Shown one piece after another: positions 53,520-64,000 of a DNA stretch of 64,000 nucleotides (position 1 is its first letter; each line of letters begins with the position of its first letter). A program made the translations under genes and the position numbers. Origin of the DNA: Carcharhinus amblyrhynchos (lineage: Eukaryota); assembly GCA_965287045.1 (NCBI GenBank), contig OZ336885.1, positions 65,782,001 through 65,846,000 of the forward strand, in the 5' to 3' direction. The notes under the pieces were generated by a model, which worked only from the letters and a program-made list of their open reading frames with translations, did not search any database and was not told where the DNA came from.

Positions 53520-54350
53520 AGTATGGTAGAAGTAATAGTAGGAGGGATTATGTTTTAAAAGGCGAAAATCTGCAGCATGGTACAGTGCAGAGGGACCCGG
53601 GGATCCTTGTGCACGAATCGCAAAAACCCAGTCTGCAGGTGCAGCAGATGATCAAGAAGGCGAATTAAATGTTGGCCTTTATCGCGAGGGGATAGACTAT
53701 AAAAATAGGGACGTCTTGCTGCAACTTTACAAGGCACTGGTGAGGCCGCAACTGGAGTACTGTGTGCAGTTTTGGTCCTTGCATTTGTGACAGGATATAG
53801 CGGCCTTGGAGGGTGTACAGAGAAGGTTCACCAGGCTGATACCGGAGACGAGGGGGTTAGCTTATGAAGAGAGATTGAATAGGTTGGGTCTTTACTCGTT
53901 AGAGTTTAAAAGGCTGAGGGAGGATCTTATGGAGACTTACAAGATAATGAAGGGTAATTACAGGATAATTATCTTCAAGATAATGAAGATAATGATAGGG
54001 TAGAGGTAGAGAGAATCTTCCAGCCTAGAAAGGATAGCAAAACTAGGGGGCACAGCCTCAAAATGAGGGGGTGGGTGGTTGGGGAAGTTTAGAACGGAGT
54101 TGAGGAGGAACTTCTTCACTCAAATGGTGGTGAATCTCTAGCATTCTCTTCCCATTGACCTGGTGGAGGCTACCTCGCTGAATATATTTAAGTCACGGGT
54201 AGATAGACTTGTGATAGACAAGGGAATTAAGAGTTATGGGGAGAAAGCTGGAAAGTGGAACTGATGCACTTCAGATCAGCCATGAATTTATTGAATGGCG
54301 GGGCAGGCTGAAAGGGCTACTCCTACTCCTATTTCGTATGTTCTTATGTA
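53520..54350 (+). mobile_element. CR1 3' fragment, head-to-head with the previous element
   Basis: EGVQRRFTRLIP and TRGH motifs; tail gtatgttcttatgt. Confidence 0.92.
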
Positions 54351-55057
54351 TTTTAACCTGGTATTGGGAGACGTCTTACTGTAATGAAAAAGGCAACGAA
54401 CAGTGCGGGTCTGTGAGTGCTTGAAGGCACCTTCTAATATGAATGTAAATATTGTAAAACCAATATCGTCTCAACAGGATAGATCAGCGAATACAACATT
54501 GATTGAGAAACAAAAGCTCGCAAACTCAGCTAAATTCTTCATCGGATTATAATGTGTGGCTAATCTCAGGCCAGTACTAAGTTTAGTGATACGAATTCAA
54601 CAGAGATCACATAAAGATTACACTTTTAAAGGAGATAAGTTTCAGCAGCAGCTGAATTAATGACGATGATAAGCATGTGTCACTAGAAGCATTAGTCTTT
54701 ATCAAATTACGTCCCCACTTTGAGATCACCTGGTGAAGCGAAAAAAGAAAGACTCCTCGAGCAGGGCGATGTAGTCAGAATCTACACGATTTAATTGAAG
54801 CGCGTTCCTTCTTCTCCGAGGCAGAAACTTCCGAATATGAGTGGACGAAAATTGACACTAAATTCTGGTAACACAATGTAATGCATATGGTTTGATGTTT
54901 TTCACCATGCATGCATATTTTTACATGGCCGCAGATGGGGTGGTGCAGAAATTGAAATGAGGCTAATATAGTTATAATCTCTTTGCGATTCGATTAAGCA
55001 CAATTCCACTGCAGTTGATTGAAAATCTGAGATATGTGTATGTTTGATCTTTGACAA

Positions 55058-55140
<83 letters not shown>
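55058..55140. repeat. (GATA)n microsatellite
   Basis: Directly visible. Confidence 0.97.
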
Positions 55141-55339
55141 TTGGGAATAATAAGATAAGCATATTTCTGGTTGGTCATTGTTCGGTGCAGACACAAACAC
55201 ACCATAACCTTCTTCGTGGAAGGAGAGTTGGAAGAATAGAAGAGCGAAACGGGATATCCTTATAAATCTGTGTGTGATAAAAATGCACGGTTGAACTAGA
55301 CGGGGAATTGTGAACACGCTGAACCATCAAAAGGGGTTA

Positions 55340-55850
55340 TGTGGCGCACTGCTACGGATATTACAATGAGAAAGCACATTTTAGTCTCGATTAATCCAGA
55401 CTTTAATGCACCTAGTGCAGGCTCAATTATCCTGTCAACCGATCAGCAACTTGACTAATGGGTTCTGAAACGCCGTCTTCCCGGGATTCTATTGGCAGAA
55501 GGCAAAGGACAGGTGGAATAAGCATGAGGCCACAGCGGATAAAAAATCAGCATTTCTGGCACCTTGTGAGCGGAGATTCAAGACTGAGACGACTAAGACC
55601 AGGCGAGACCAGAGAAGGGGGAATGGAAGCAAGGATGAAACGGCGAGCGAGAATCAAATTCATGAAGACCAACCAGAAGGACTCTAGGAGCGGATCTGGG
55701 ACCTATGAAAACATAATGTTGGGTAGCATAAATTAGTTTCCTGTTTACTGAGTGGGCGATTTACCGGTTAACTACATATAATAAAGTTTGTAGCATTATG
55801 TCTGTGCTCGTACGTTTTTATTCTCATAAGTAAAAGCACGTGGGTAAAAC
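55340..55850 (+). mobile_element. Putative solo LTR (family unknown)
   Basis: TG start, purine-rich middle, AATAAA near 55780 followed by a U5-like T-rich tail; no partner LTR in the window. Confidence 0.35.
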
Positions 55851-56599
55851 GCTGATTGAGAAACTGGTAGAAATTGTTGGTTCAATAAATGTTGCGTTAT
55901 TTCCATAGTGCAAACTCTGTTTGAGAAAGAGAAAGGTCAGTCTTTGTTCACCCTGTGGTAATTGATTATTTTTTTCAGTCGCACGAGAATGTTATAACTA
56001 TTGTCTTCATCTTATTCACGTTTTCATCTGTAATTTCAACGATTGTTAAAATCCCGTATACGTTGCAGGGATATGTTCAGCAGGGGAAAATAGAATGGAA
56101 GAGCATGTCAGTGTGCATGAAACCCACAATGTTATCTGTCCATATCAATTGGATAATTCTGAAATGCGTTTTGTTTCAAGTTAGCGCATCCCAACAAACT
56201 TGATACCCTGGTCCTGGAGGTCGATCTGCTCGTCAAACAGATGTATGAACATTGATACATAAGTCAAAGCGTATAAATACGTTTTCCTGAGAACAGGAAC
56301 TCTTTTCCTGAGAATAGGAGACACGTTTCCTATTCGGTTTTCCTATTTTATCAAATATGTAAAATCCGGGCTCCTTTTGCAAGGAAGCGAAAACCTGTCT
56401 CACGTTATCGCTGTAAGTGAGATGAAAATTCTTTCCTCAAACTGCCATTCGCTTTTTTGGAAGTTTTCCCTGCAGTCTGCAGTGGGGACTTGTTTCCTGA
56501 ATGCATTGATGGGTGAAAAAAGTTAACATTACATGTTTCAGCAAACGTGGTTTTGGAAGCAGGCCAAATGCAAATGCTTATAACACTGCAGACCGTATT

Positions 56600-57130
56600 T
56601 ACTAACAGTGAGAGAATTAAGGGTTCAATAATTATTGTTTTAAGGTGTTACGACTACAATGTTGTTCTTCAGAAGTTTTACAGATATACCATATACGACA
56701 TTGTTTCTGGTTGTATCAGAGCTTGGTATGATTCCTGCCCTGCCAAAAACCGCAAGAAACGACAAATGATCGTGAATGTAGCCCAGTTTATCATGCAAAC
56801 CAGCCCCCTATCCATTAACACTTTCTACGTGTCCCGCTGCCTCAAAAAAAAGGCCAGCATAATTTACGAACCGATGCACACTGGACATGTTTTTTTTTAC
56901 CTCCTTCTTCCGTCGGAAAACAGAACATATACAAACCCTGAAGTCTCAAGAATTGCTTCTTCGCTGCTGCTATCAGACATTTGAATGGACTTACTTCGTA
57001 CTAATTTGATATTTTTCTACAACCTAGCTATGCAGGTTCTCTTCTCTCTCTATGAAAAGTATGTTTTGTCCGTATAGCATACAAAAACAATACAATTCAC
57101 AATAGACGGATAGATGCGACAATAATAAAT
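56600..57130 (+). mobile_element. Rex1/Babar-like LINE 3' fragment
   Basis: Translation FYRYTIYDIVSGCIRAWY...NRKKRQMIVNVAQ...SRCLKKKASII...HTGH..F.LLPS resembles the Rex1 ORF C-terminus. Confidence 0.8.
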
Positions 57131-57445
57131 CAGATCAAATCAAAACATATCCTTTCATGAGCGGTAAGAGGCTGTCAGATATTTCTGTTAGACCTTGTCA
57201 TATGTCAACCCACTACATAAGTTGTTGGAGCATGGTCCAAATAAAATAAATTTGCCTAAAAAAAACTTCGTGAATACAGCCTGTGAAATTTCTACTCATA
57301 CAATAACTTTGTAAACACACCTGGATTTAACAGTATAAAGCTACAAATTCTACTTGACGTGCGCTTTCAGCTGTGCTTTGGAGACAAGCATTTCAACCAT
57401 ATCCAACGAAAATACACAAATCACCAATTTGGTATTCAATTACAG

Positions 57446-57469
57446 AACTAAAAGCACTCAGGGACAAGG
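57446..57469 (+). CDS. 24-nt phase 1-1 micro-exon, (K/E)LKALRDK
   Basis: tattcaattacag|AACTAAAAGCACTCAGGGACAAGG|gtaaga; AACT start like the 7238 and 27248 exons. Confidence 0.7.
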
Positions 57470-60400
57470 GTAAGAGGAAACTAAAAACAAACAGTCTGAA
57501 GCTTAATATCCAATATTGTTTTCAACAGAATTGTTATGTTCCACGAGAAAAAAAAAGCACATTTTCACCGTTCCCTCATTAATAATTAGTGCATAGAGAG
57601 CATTCAGATATCGTTGCCTTAACTATAAATGGAGATTTGAACTTTTAAATACTCAATCCTTCTTATTTATTCTGCCCGCCTTCACTCTTGCTTGCTTTAT
57701 TCTTCTATGTTCCCGCAACGACATTTGCATCCGCTTGCTAAGTAAAATCAGATGGCTGACAGGTAAGCAATATTGATATTTTCAGCTATGTTCGTCTTCG
57801 CATACGAAGAGACTGCTCAGCTCTTATTTTGTTCAAAGTACATCTCCATACCAAGATATTACATCAATGTAGAGTGATCGAATGTCGTCTTTTAGCTTGC
57901 TGAATGTTGACTGCTTGAATATGGCTGCATATTGTGAACGTCTCCCATACTTCTGCAGCTCTCTCAGAAAGCGTTGACATTCTTTTCCATTCATTTCGTC
58001 GTCAAGACTTACCTCGAACTGTTTCTACTTGCTTCCACTTGGTGTGCCTGTTGGAATTTGGTGGTATAATACGACCAGAAAAGTCCTTGGAACGTGTACT
58101 TTGTTTAGAAGCGCCAAATAAGTACGTTTTGTTGCAAATACAGTGTAGTGTAAAATAGGACGCTATATTTTTTTTTGTGCAAACGTGTTATTTATTTTAT
58201 AATAGCAGTAAACAAAGGTGTTTATCTACAAGCTGTAAAAAGGGTTACCCCACAGGAGGGAAGGAATCCCCAACTAGAGATATAGGTGTCAAACTAGGCA
58301 AGAGTTTAACATGATTTTTGTTTCTCTCAAATTGAAAAGCTATTTCAAAATCCTGTTCGTCTCAAACAGGATATCTTCATTATTGTCTCAGTGTCACAAC
58401 AGGAAATATCGTGGAAATAATGAATCTGATTGATATTCACGTACTAGAAGATACATGAAATTCGTTTTGATCTTTGTTCAAATTTCACGGGAGTATTCCA
58501 TTATTGCCGTGCTGATGAATCATACGTTTTGAAATTGTCTTGAAATTTAATTTACATGAGACGTTTTGACAATTGCATTCCTTCAACTTTGGAACAGATC
58601 GTGTAAACGTGTTAACGAGCTTCTGAATGGACACAACTTGTTCGTGGAATAAAAGTACACCATCACGAAAACACAATGTGACTCGCTTTGAGCACATGTG
58701 AACCTGAAATCATTGTTGCTAAAACTCCAGAATCGACGAGTCCACGTTGACATATTGCATTATCTTGTTTTTTTCCCCCTTTGTACATAATGCGCGTGGC
58801 TCTCCGCATCACCTTTCCCTTTACGTTCTAGCATCTGAGCGCATTGTAATTATGTTCAATAAGGTATACCAATACCAAAAGCAATTGTCTCTGATGAAGA
58901 GTGTGGCGGCAGGAGTGACATTTTCTCGGCTGTCCACTGGGTTACATTCTAAGGGCATGTGGCATAATTATTGGGAGGAAGCTCTTCACTGTCTTCGACA
59001 TGTTTATTTAATTTCATTTAACTGAACAACTAGAATGACAAAGAAATATCGTTGGTGACGAGGGTGAAAATCGCTTTGCACTGATGTTATTGCATTCGCA
59101 ATACAATGGCCCAAGCTAATGCTTTAATACGCTGGGTCAATCAAGCCAGGGCAGGGTATGAAGTGCGTAAAGTATAACATGTTGGAATTAATTTTAACAC
59201 ATCACCACAATATATCAAACACGTCCACGCCACAAAGAGGACGAAGCCAGAAGAAAATCTCGCAATTGGAACAGATGACTCCAAAAATATCAACACACAG
59301 TACTCTGTCGACTCAGGAAATGTATTTCTAGCGATCTGCGGTGAGAGGCTTCCAAAATGCAGCCAATGATCCTGTAGCACGACATCCATACTCAATATGA
59401 CAATTCACTTGTATGATTGCTTTTTTGAACTGATTTTGCAGCACATCTGTTGGGTGGCGATCATCAGTAAAGACACACTTGCAAACAAATGTGTTACCAT
59501 TAATTCAAACATTGCCAATGTAGTCTCATTTTGATCTCCACCTTGCGCAAATTTCAGCCTGTCAATCAGGATTCTCTCGCTATCAATACGCTATGCAAGA
59601 GGCACTGCTGATCATATGGCTGCACAACATATTCTGGAGTGATATTTCAATATACAAAACCAACAGTGGTTCATTTGAAAAACAAATACTGAATGATGTA
59701 TTACAGCGATGGATTCCTCAACGGTTAAACTGATTAACGGTGGAGAATACAAGAAGTGGACGAACTTTCCTGTCTCCACCATGATTTCAAAACATGGAAA
59801 TCTCTGGCTAAGACGTGTTCCATTCAAAATTATCACGGCCGTAATGAGGGTGTATAACATTTTCAACTCCTACAATTCATGTAGTGTTGACACAGGCACA
59901 GTCATGTCAGGAAAAATAAAATAATACAATCACACTACAGGTTTCAGATGTGCATTTCCAAGGCAACATTGGGGCATATTTGCACTACCATGCTCTCCTG
60001 GATCGAAAATGGCGTTTTCACTTGTGTGAAATCCCCACAGGAATCAGTCATCGTAACGAATGTGATTGATTCTCACGGTAAAAACTGAAAAAAAAAAGAC
60101 ACGAGGCGTTTGCGGCAATGAGAACCAGCAGAATTTGATTTGTGAATGAAAAATGCAAATGCACACTTATCTTTCACTCACAATTACAATCATTCCAGTG
60201 GATCTGTCTTGACTCAGGGCCTAATATGTCAGAAAATAAGGAGTGAAGTTAAGAAATCGACATGATATAGAAATGTTGTTCCTCAGGAGAGTAAGCATTA
60301 CAATGTGACTGAGAAAATCATCCCCCTCGCCCCCCACCCCTCCCCATCCCCCACCCCCTCCCCCCCCCACCTCCCCCCCACCACCCCACCCCACCGTTCC

Positions 60401-62112
60401 CCAAGTGCTGCAGATAGTAACATGACATTGAACAACATTTCAGTCGGGAGGGAGCCAGCATAGAAACAACACTTATGGGCGTCCGTACAATGAATCTGTA
60501 CTAGCAATTGTAGATCACGTACAAAACTGAGAGGGTATTCGGACCACGTACAAGAAAGAACATCCTTCTCAGACATTTCACTCCGCCCAAACTTTTACCT
60601 CTGCAAAACCGGCATGACGAATTCACTTAATTTGTAGTTTGTTGTCATGTACAGATAATTAAGCATGAGCGGGCCACCTCACCTGCTGAGCAGGTGATTC
60701 CGCCTCCACCCCCCCCCCCCATCCCCCCACACACCCCCGATGTATTAAAGTCATATAGATTAAACATATGTCTTATCTTCTCAAAAAAAAAGTCCTCAGT
60801 TCTGGACCTCGCTATGCTGCAGCAACCAACTGTAGCAAAATATTGGAAGCCAGTTATGCATTGGGAAAAGAAGTGAAGAAGAGAAATGAGTCCACAACCT
60901 CAATTCAGGGGCGTACGGTAAATAAATTTAAATCCAATCTGAGAACAGTGCGGCTACAATAAATACATGTCTGGTGATTGTTGGACGAAACTTTAAACGC
61001 AAAAAAGAAAATGCTCATTTGCAGACCGGCTACGACATGGTGGCAAAGTGGTAAGAACTGACCAAAGTGGTAAGAACTCAGCCAGTATAATTAACGACCC
61101 CACGCATTCCGGACATTCTTTCTTCCACCTTCTTCCCACGTGGAACAAAATTTTTAAACAAGTCTGAGGTCACGTACCAACCGACAGAAGAACACTTTCT
61201 TCTCTGCTGCCATGAGACTTTTGAAATGGACTTAACTTGCTTTTTTTTTCTACGCCAAGCTATAACTGCAATACTGCAGTCGGTACTCTCTCCTTTCCTT
61301 CTCAATGAACGGTTTGCTTTGTCTTTACAACGGGGAAGAAACAATACTTTTCAATGTCTGCTAATAGACGTGGCAGTAAGAGCTCAAATCAAAACGTATT
61401 TCATTTTTCAATTATGTGTTTTCTGTCTATTGTTTTTGACATTGTCACAAACTGTAGCGCAAATTTAAGATTTCTGATGGAGAAACCTTGCACACTTGCC
61501 GCCTCTTATCAGAAAATAATTAGCAATTCAGTTCCTATATTTTCCGGAAATTTTGCAACTTATGATGTATTCCCCGCCACCCCAGAACTTCCAGAAAATT
61601 TCCAAACTCTGCAAGCTAGGTGAAATATCAGTATAAATATTTGCAGTTACCGACAATGTATCCGGCTGAGATGTTTTTCCAGTAAGTCGGCGCAGACTCG
61701 ATGAAATGAATAGGCTCTGCCTGCATTATATTTTGATTTATTATTTTCACATATATTGGGACAGAGTAAAAAAAAAACGTTTTTTTGCGCGTTTTACCGA
61801 CTCAGAATACCGTTGCGATGATGCATGGGAAAGAAAGAAAGCAGTGGGTGAAGGACATAGTGCAGCAGTAACAAATTGGGTGACGTGAAATATCAGATTA
61901 ATGTATTATGGGGCCATTGTTTTATCTGATGGCATCAGACAATAAGTTGTTGTTCATCAGGTTGTTACGTGTTCTCAGCTTGTTGTATATATTTTCTGCC
62001 GGAAGATCAGAGAGAGAGTGCGTTTCGATGTTCCATATGAAGAAACTGTACAAACCACGAATTACGATTCTCTTGTCCATTTGGCTCGTGTGAATGATTC
62101 CTATATCAAAAT

Positions 62113-62146
62113 GTTATTATTATTAGTAGTAGTAGTAATAGTAGTC

Positions 62147-62183
<37 letters not shown>

Positions 62184-62200
62184 TGGTAGTATTGTTATTA
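62113..62200. repeat. (TTA)n/(GTA)n trinucleotide microsatellite
   Basis: Directly visible. Confidence 0.92.
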
Positions 62201-63225
62201 TCGTCACCGTTGGAGGAATTACGAAAATAATACTTTTAATAATGTGTAAAGTGCAGTCGATCCATTCAACTGGACATGTTGCCCCTTCACCTGGTTAACT
62301 CTCAGACGCACAAAAGCATTCATTATAAACTGGCTGGAGTCGCTTAAATAACAGTAATGTCAATACAGAGAGCGTTTTCCCCGCACTAAAAATTCAACGT
62401 ATACCTATTTCGGCGAATTTGATCAGCCACTAACAGAAAGATGTTTAGCATAACATTCTACCCTCGCAAAAAAATCACAAAAAACATGCTGAAGATAACA
62501 AATATATTAATTCTTTTGTTGATGCGATGTGCATTTGTCTCATATTGTCTCAGCTACAAATTGTTTTCTTACAACTGAAAGCGGAGTTAAGGAATATTGT
62601 GGGAAAAAAGACACCGAAAATATGATTGCTACACCTTTTTTACGGTGATGAATCGTCCAATGGAATCTCACGTGAGAATAAACAACCGCCAAAATATGAA
62701 TGGAAAATTCCCCCCCAAAAAAATCTCAACCTATCCAGACAGAAACTGACTGAACGTTTTGAATCTCAATTTGTACACATGTGCTTATTCAGTAAGTAAT
62801 GTTTCTAGTTATCTTGCTAATAAAAGCGCGCATTGCGTTTACAAGAGAATGCACGGCGTTAGGACTGAAATAATTTGACACTGGATCGCCTTTTATGGAT
62901 CATTGAAAATTGCGAATGCACGAAAGCCCAACTAATAAATCCCATATGACGCCTGCTGAGCGCAGTTGGCTAAAGCAACAGACTGCATTATCAAGAACAC
63001 GCATTGATAGTATAGGCTCCCGAATCTAACAGAGTGTCGAAAAGTCTTTTACGAGTTTTACGTTACTGATGGGTGTGTTTTGCTCCTTTATGCAGCAGAG
63101 AATAACGTTTTATTTTGTCTGATGAGTATTTGTTTCGAAGTAACGCGCTCTCACACAAACTTCCATGATGTTTGTAAAAGATGTCTCCACATTTCCATAC
63201 ATACTTGTCATTTGAACAGATCTAT

Positions 63226-63226
<1 letters not shown>

Positions 63227-63258
<32 letters not shown>
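63227..63258. repeat. (CA)n microsatellite
   Basis: Directly visible. Confidence 0.95.
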
Positions 63259-63259
<1 letters not shown>

Positions 63260-64000
63260 TTCAGGCTTGTGGATTTTGATACATCATTGCATGATTTGAC
63301 CTTTTAAAGAGACAAGAGCGATGAGAGATTCAATGTTATTTTAGTAGGTCCGGATTCCATATCATTAAACGTGGAAACATAAGTCATCAAGTGCAATCAT
63401 ATTCAATACAAAGCCATCAAACTCACCTGGCATATTCTTCCGCCGAAATATTTATCACAGCTAAGGGCAACGCGGCATGCAGCCTGCCAAGAAGGAATGT
63501 ATGCAGTTTGTTTCCTGTCTGAAAGCACACACCATTTTGCACGTTTGTCACAGCAACAAGGCCCTGACTTACACTACATCATTTTGAGGGACCTGATTTC
63601 CTAGTTTCTGATTATTCTCCATTGCGGTGAAAAGAAACTTCGATCTACTTGAAAGAAATGTCTAATCGCAAAGACTTGGCTAACATCGTTAGTTGATTTG
63701 CAGCGTTTGCATGTTACTGAGAGTATACTTTGTGTACTTTGATTCTTACATTGTCTGGAGATAAGCTGGGACAGCCTGAAAAAAAAGGCCGTAATGCATA
63801 ATTACTTGTCCATTCATGGATTCCTAGGCACGCAAGAAAAGTCTGCTTTTTTATATGTTCCTTTCATGTTGATCCTGAAAAGATAATGACAGCCGTGTAA
63901 AAAAACACAGAATGATTTGCGCTAGGGGCGTGCGTGGTGGGCAGAATGAGATATCCATTACGGCGTTGACTGAAGGATGTTGATCTCCGGCAGATGAAGG

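Noticed and set aside
4802-57469. Assignment of the micro-exon genes to SCPP, collagen, triadin or butyrophilin families
   Set aside because: SCPP introns are phase 0; there is no Gly-X-Y; no Ig or B30.2 exons were seen; and repeated signal exons do not fit triadin.
59707-59895. Open phase-1 segment starting ...VKLINGG (SRCR-like start)
   Set aside because: Lacks the SRCR cysteines and the GRVE/WGTVC motifs; the donor is non-canonical.
61025-61069. 26/45-nt exon candidate with a duplicated donor (caaagtggtaagaact twice)
   Set aside because: The sequence resembles the tRNA-like 5' head of the HE1 SINE; more likely a SINE stub with a small duplication.
59-63307. Most six-frame ORFs of 60-200 aa
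   Set aside because: No recognisable motifs. They are expected by chance in intronic DNA, or are antisense or off-frame readings of LINEs, SINEs and microsatellites (SIYL, HT and poly-V runs).
63427-63518. Minus-strand 92-nt exon-like segment with a strong donor
   Set aside because: Isolated, no partner exons in the window and no recognisable product.
1-64000. CRISPR arrays, rRNA, true tRNA genes, prokaryotic operons
   Set aside because: Eukaryotic sequence; tRNA-like stretches are SINE heads; no repeat-spacer arrays seen.

Overview
Vertebrate nuclear DNA, AT-rich and repeat-rich. HE1-type tRNA-derived SINEs and HER1/CR1-type LINEs point to an elasmobranch (shark or ray). Almost all ORF-track entries are noise or retroelement fragments. 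Repeats: an old, degenerate endogenous retrovirus with two LTRs (~16982-25317) carrying a young nested CR1 RT ORF; a related solo LTR; many CR1 fragments; an L2-like and a Rex1/Babar-like LINE remnant; several SINEs; microsatellites; and a long palindrome containing a 130-N assembly gap. The main hidden signal is on the + strand and is missed by the ORF track: about 15 AG/GT-bounded micro-exons of 24, 27 or 36 nt, all symmetric phase 1-1, several with recognisable paralogues. They are interspersed with signal-peptide exons: 45941-46012 intact, 34461-34534 one base short, and ~4802-4885 degenerate. This suggests a tandem cluster of 3-4 secreted-protein micro-exon genes in birth-and-death evolution. 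I cannot assign the family. Exons were called by eye, without transcript evidence.
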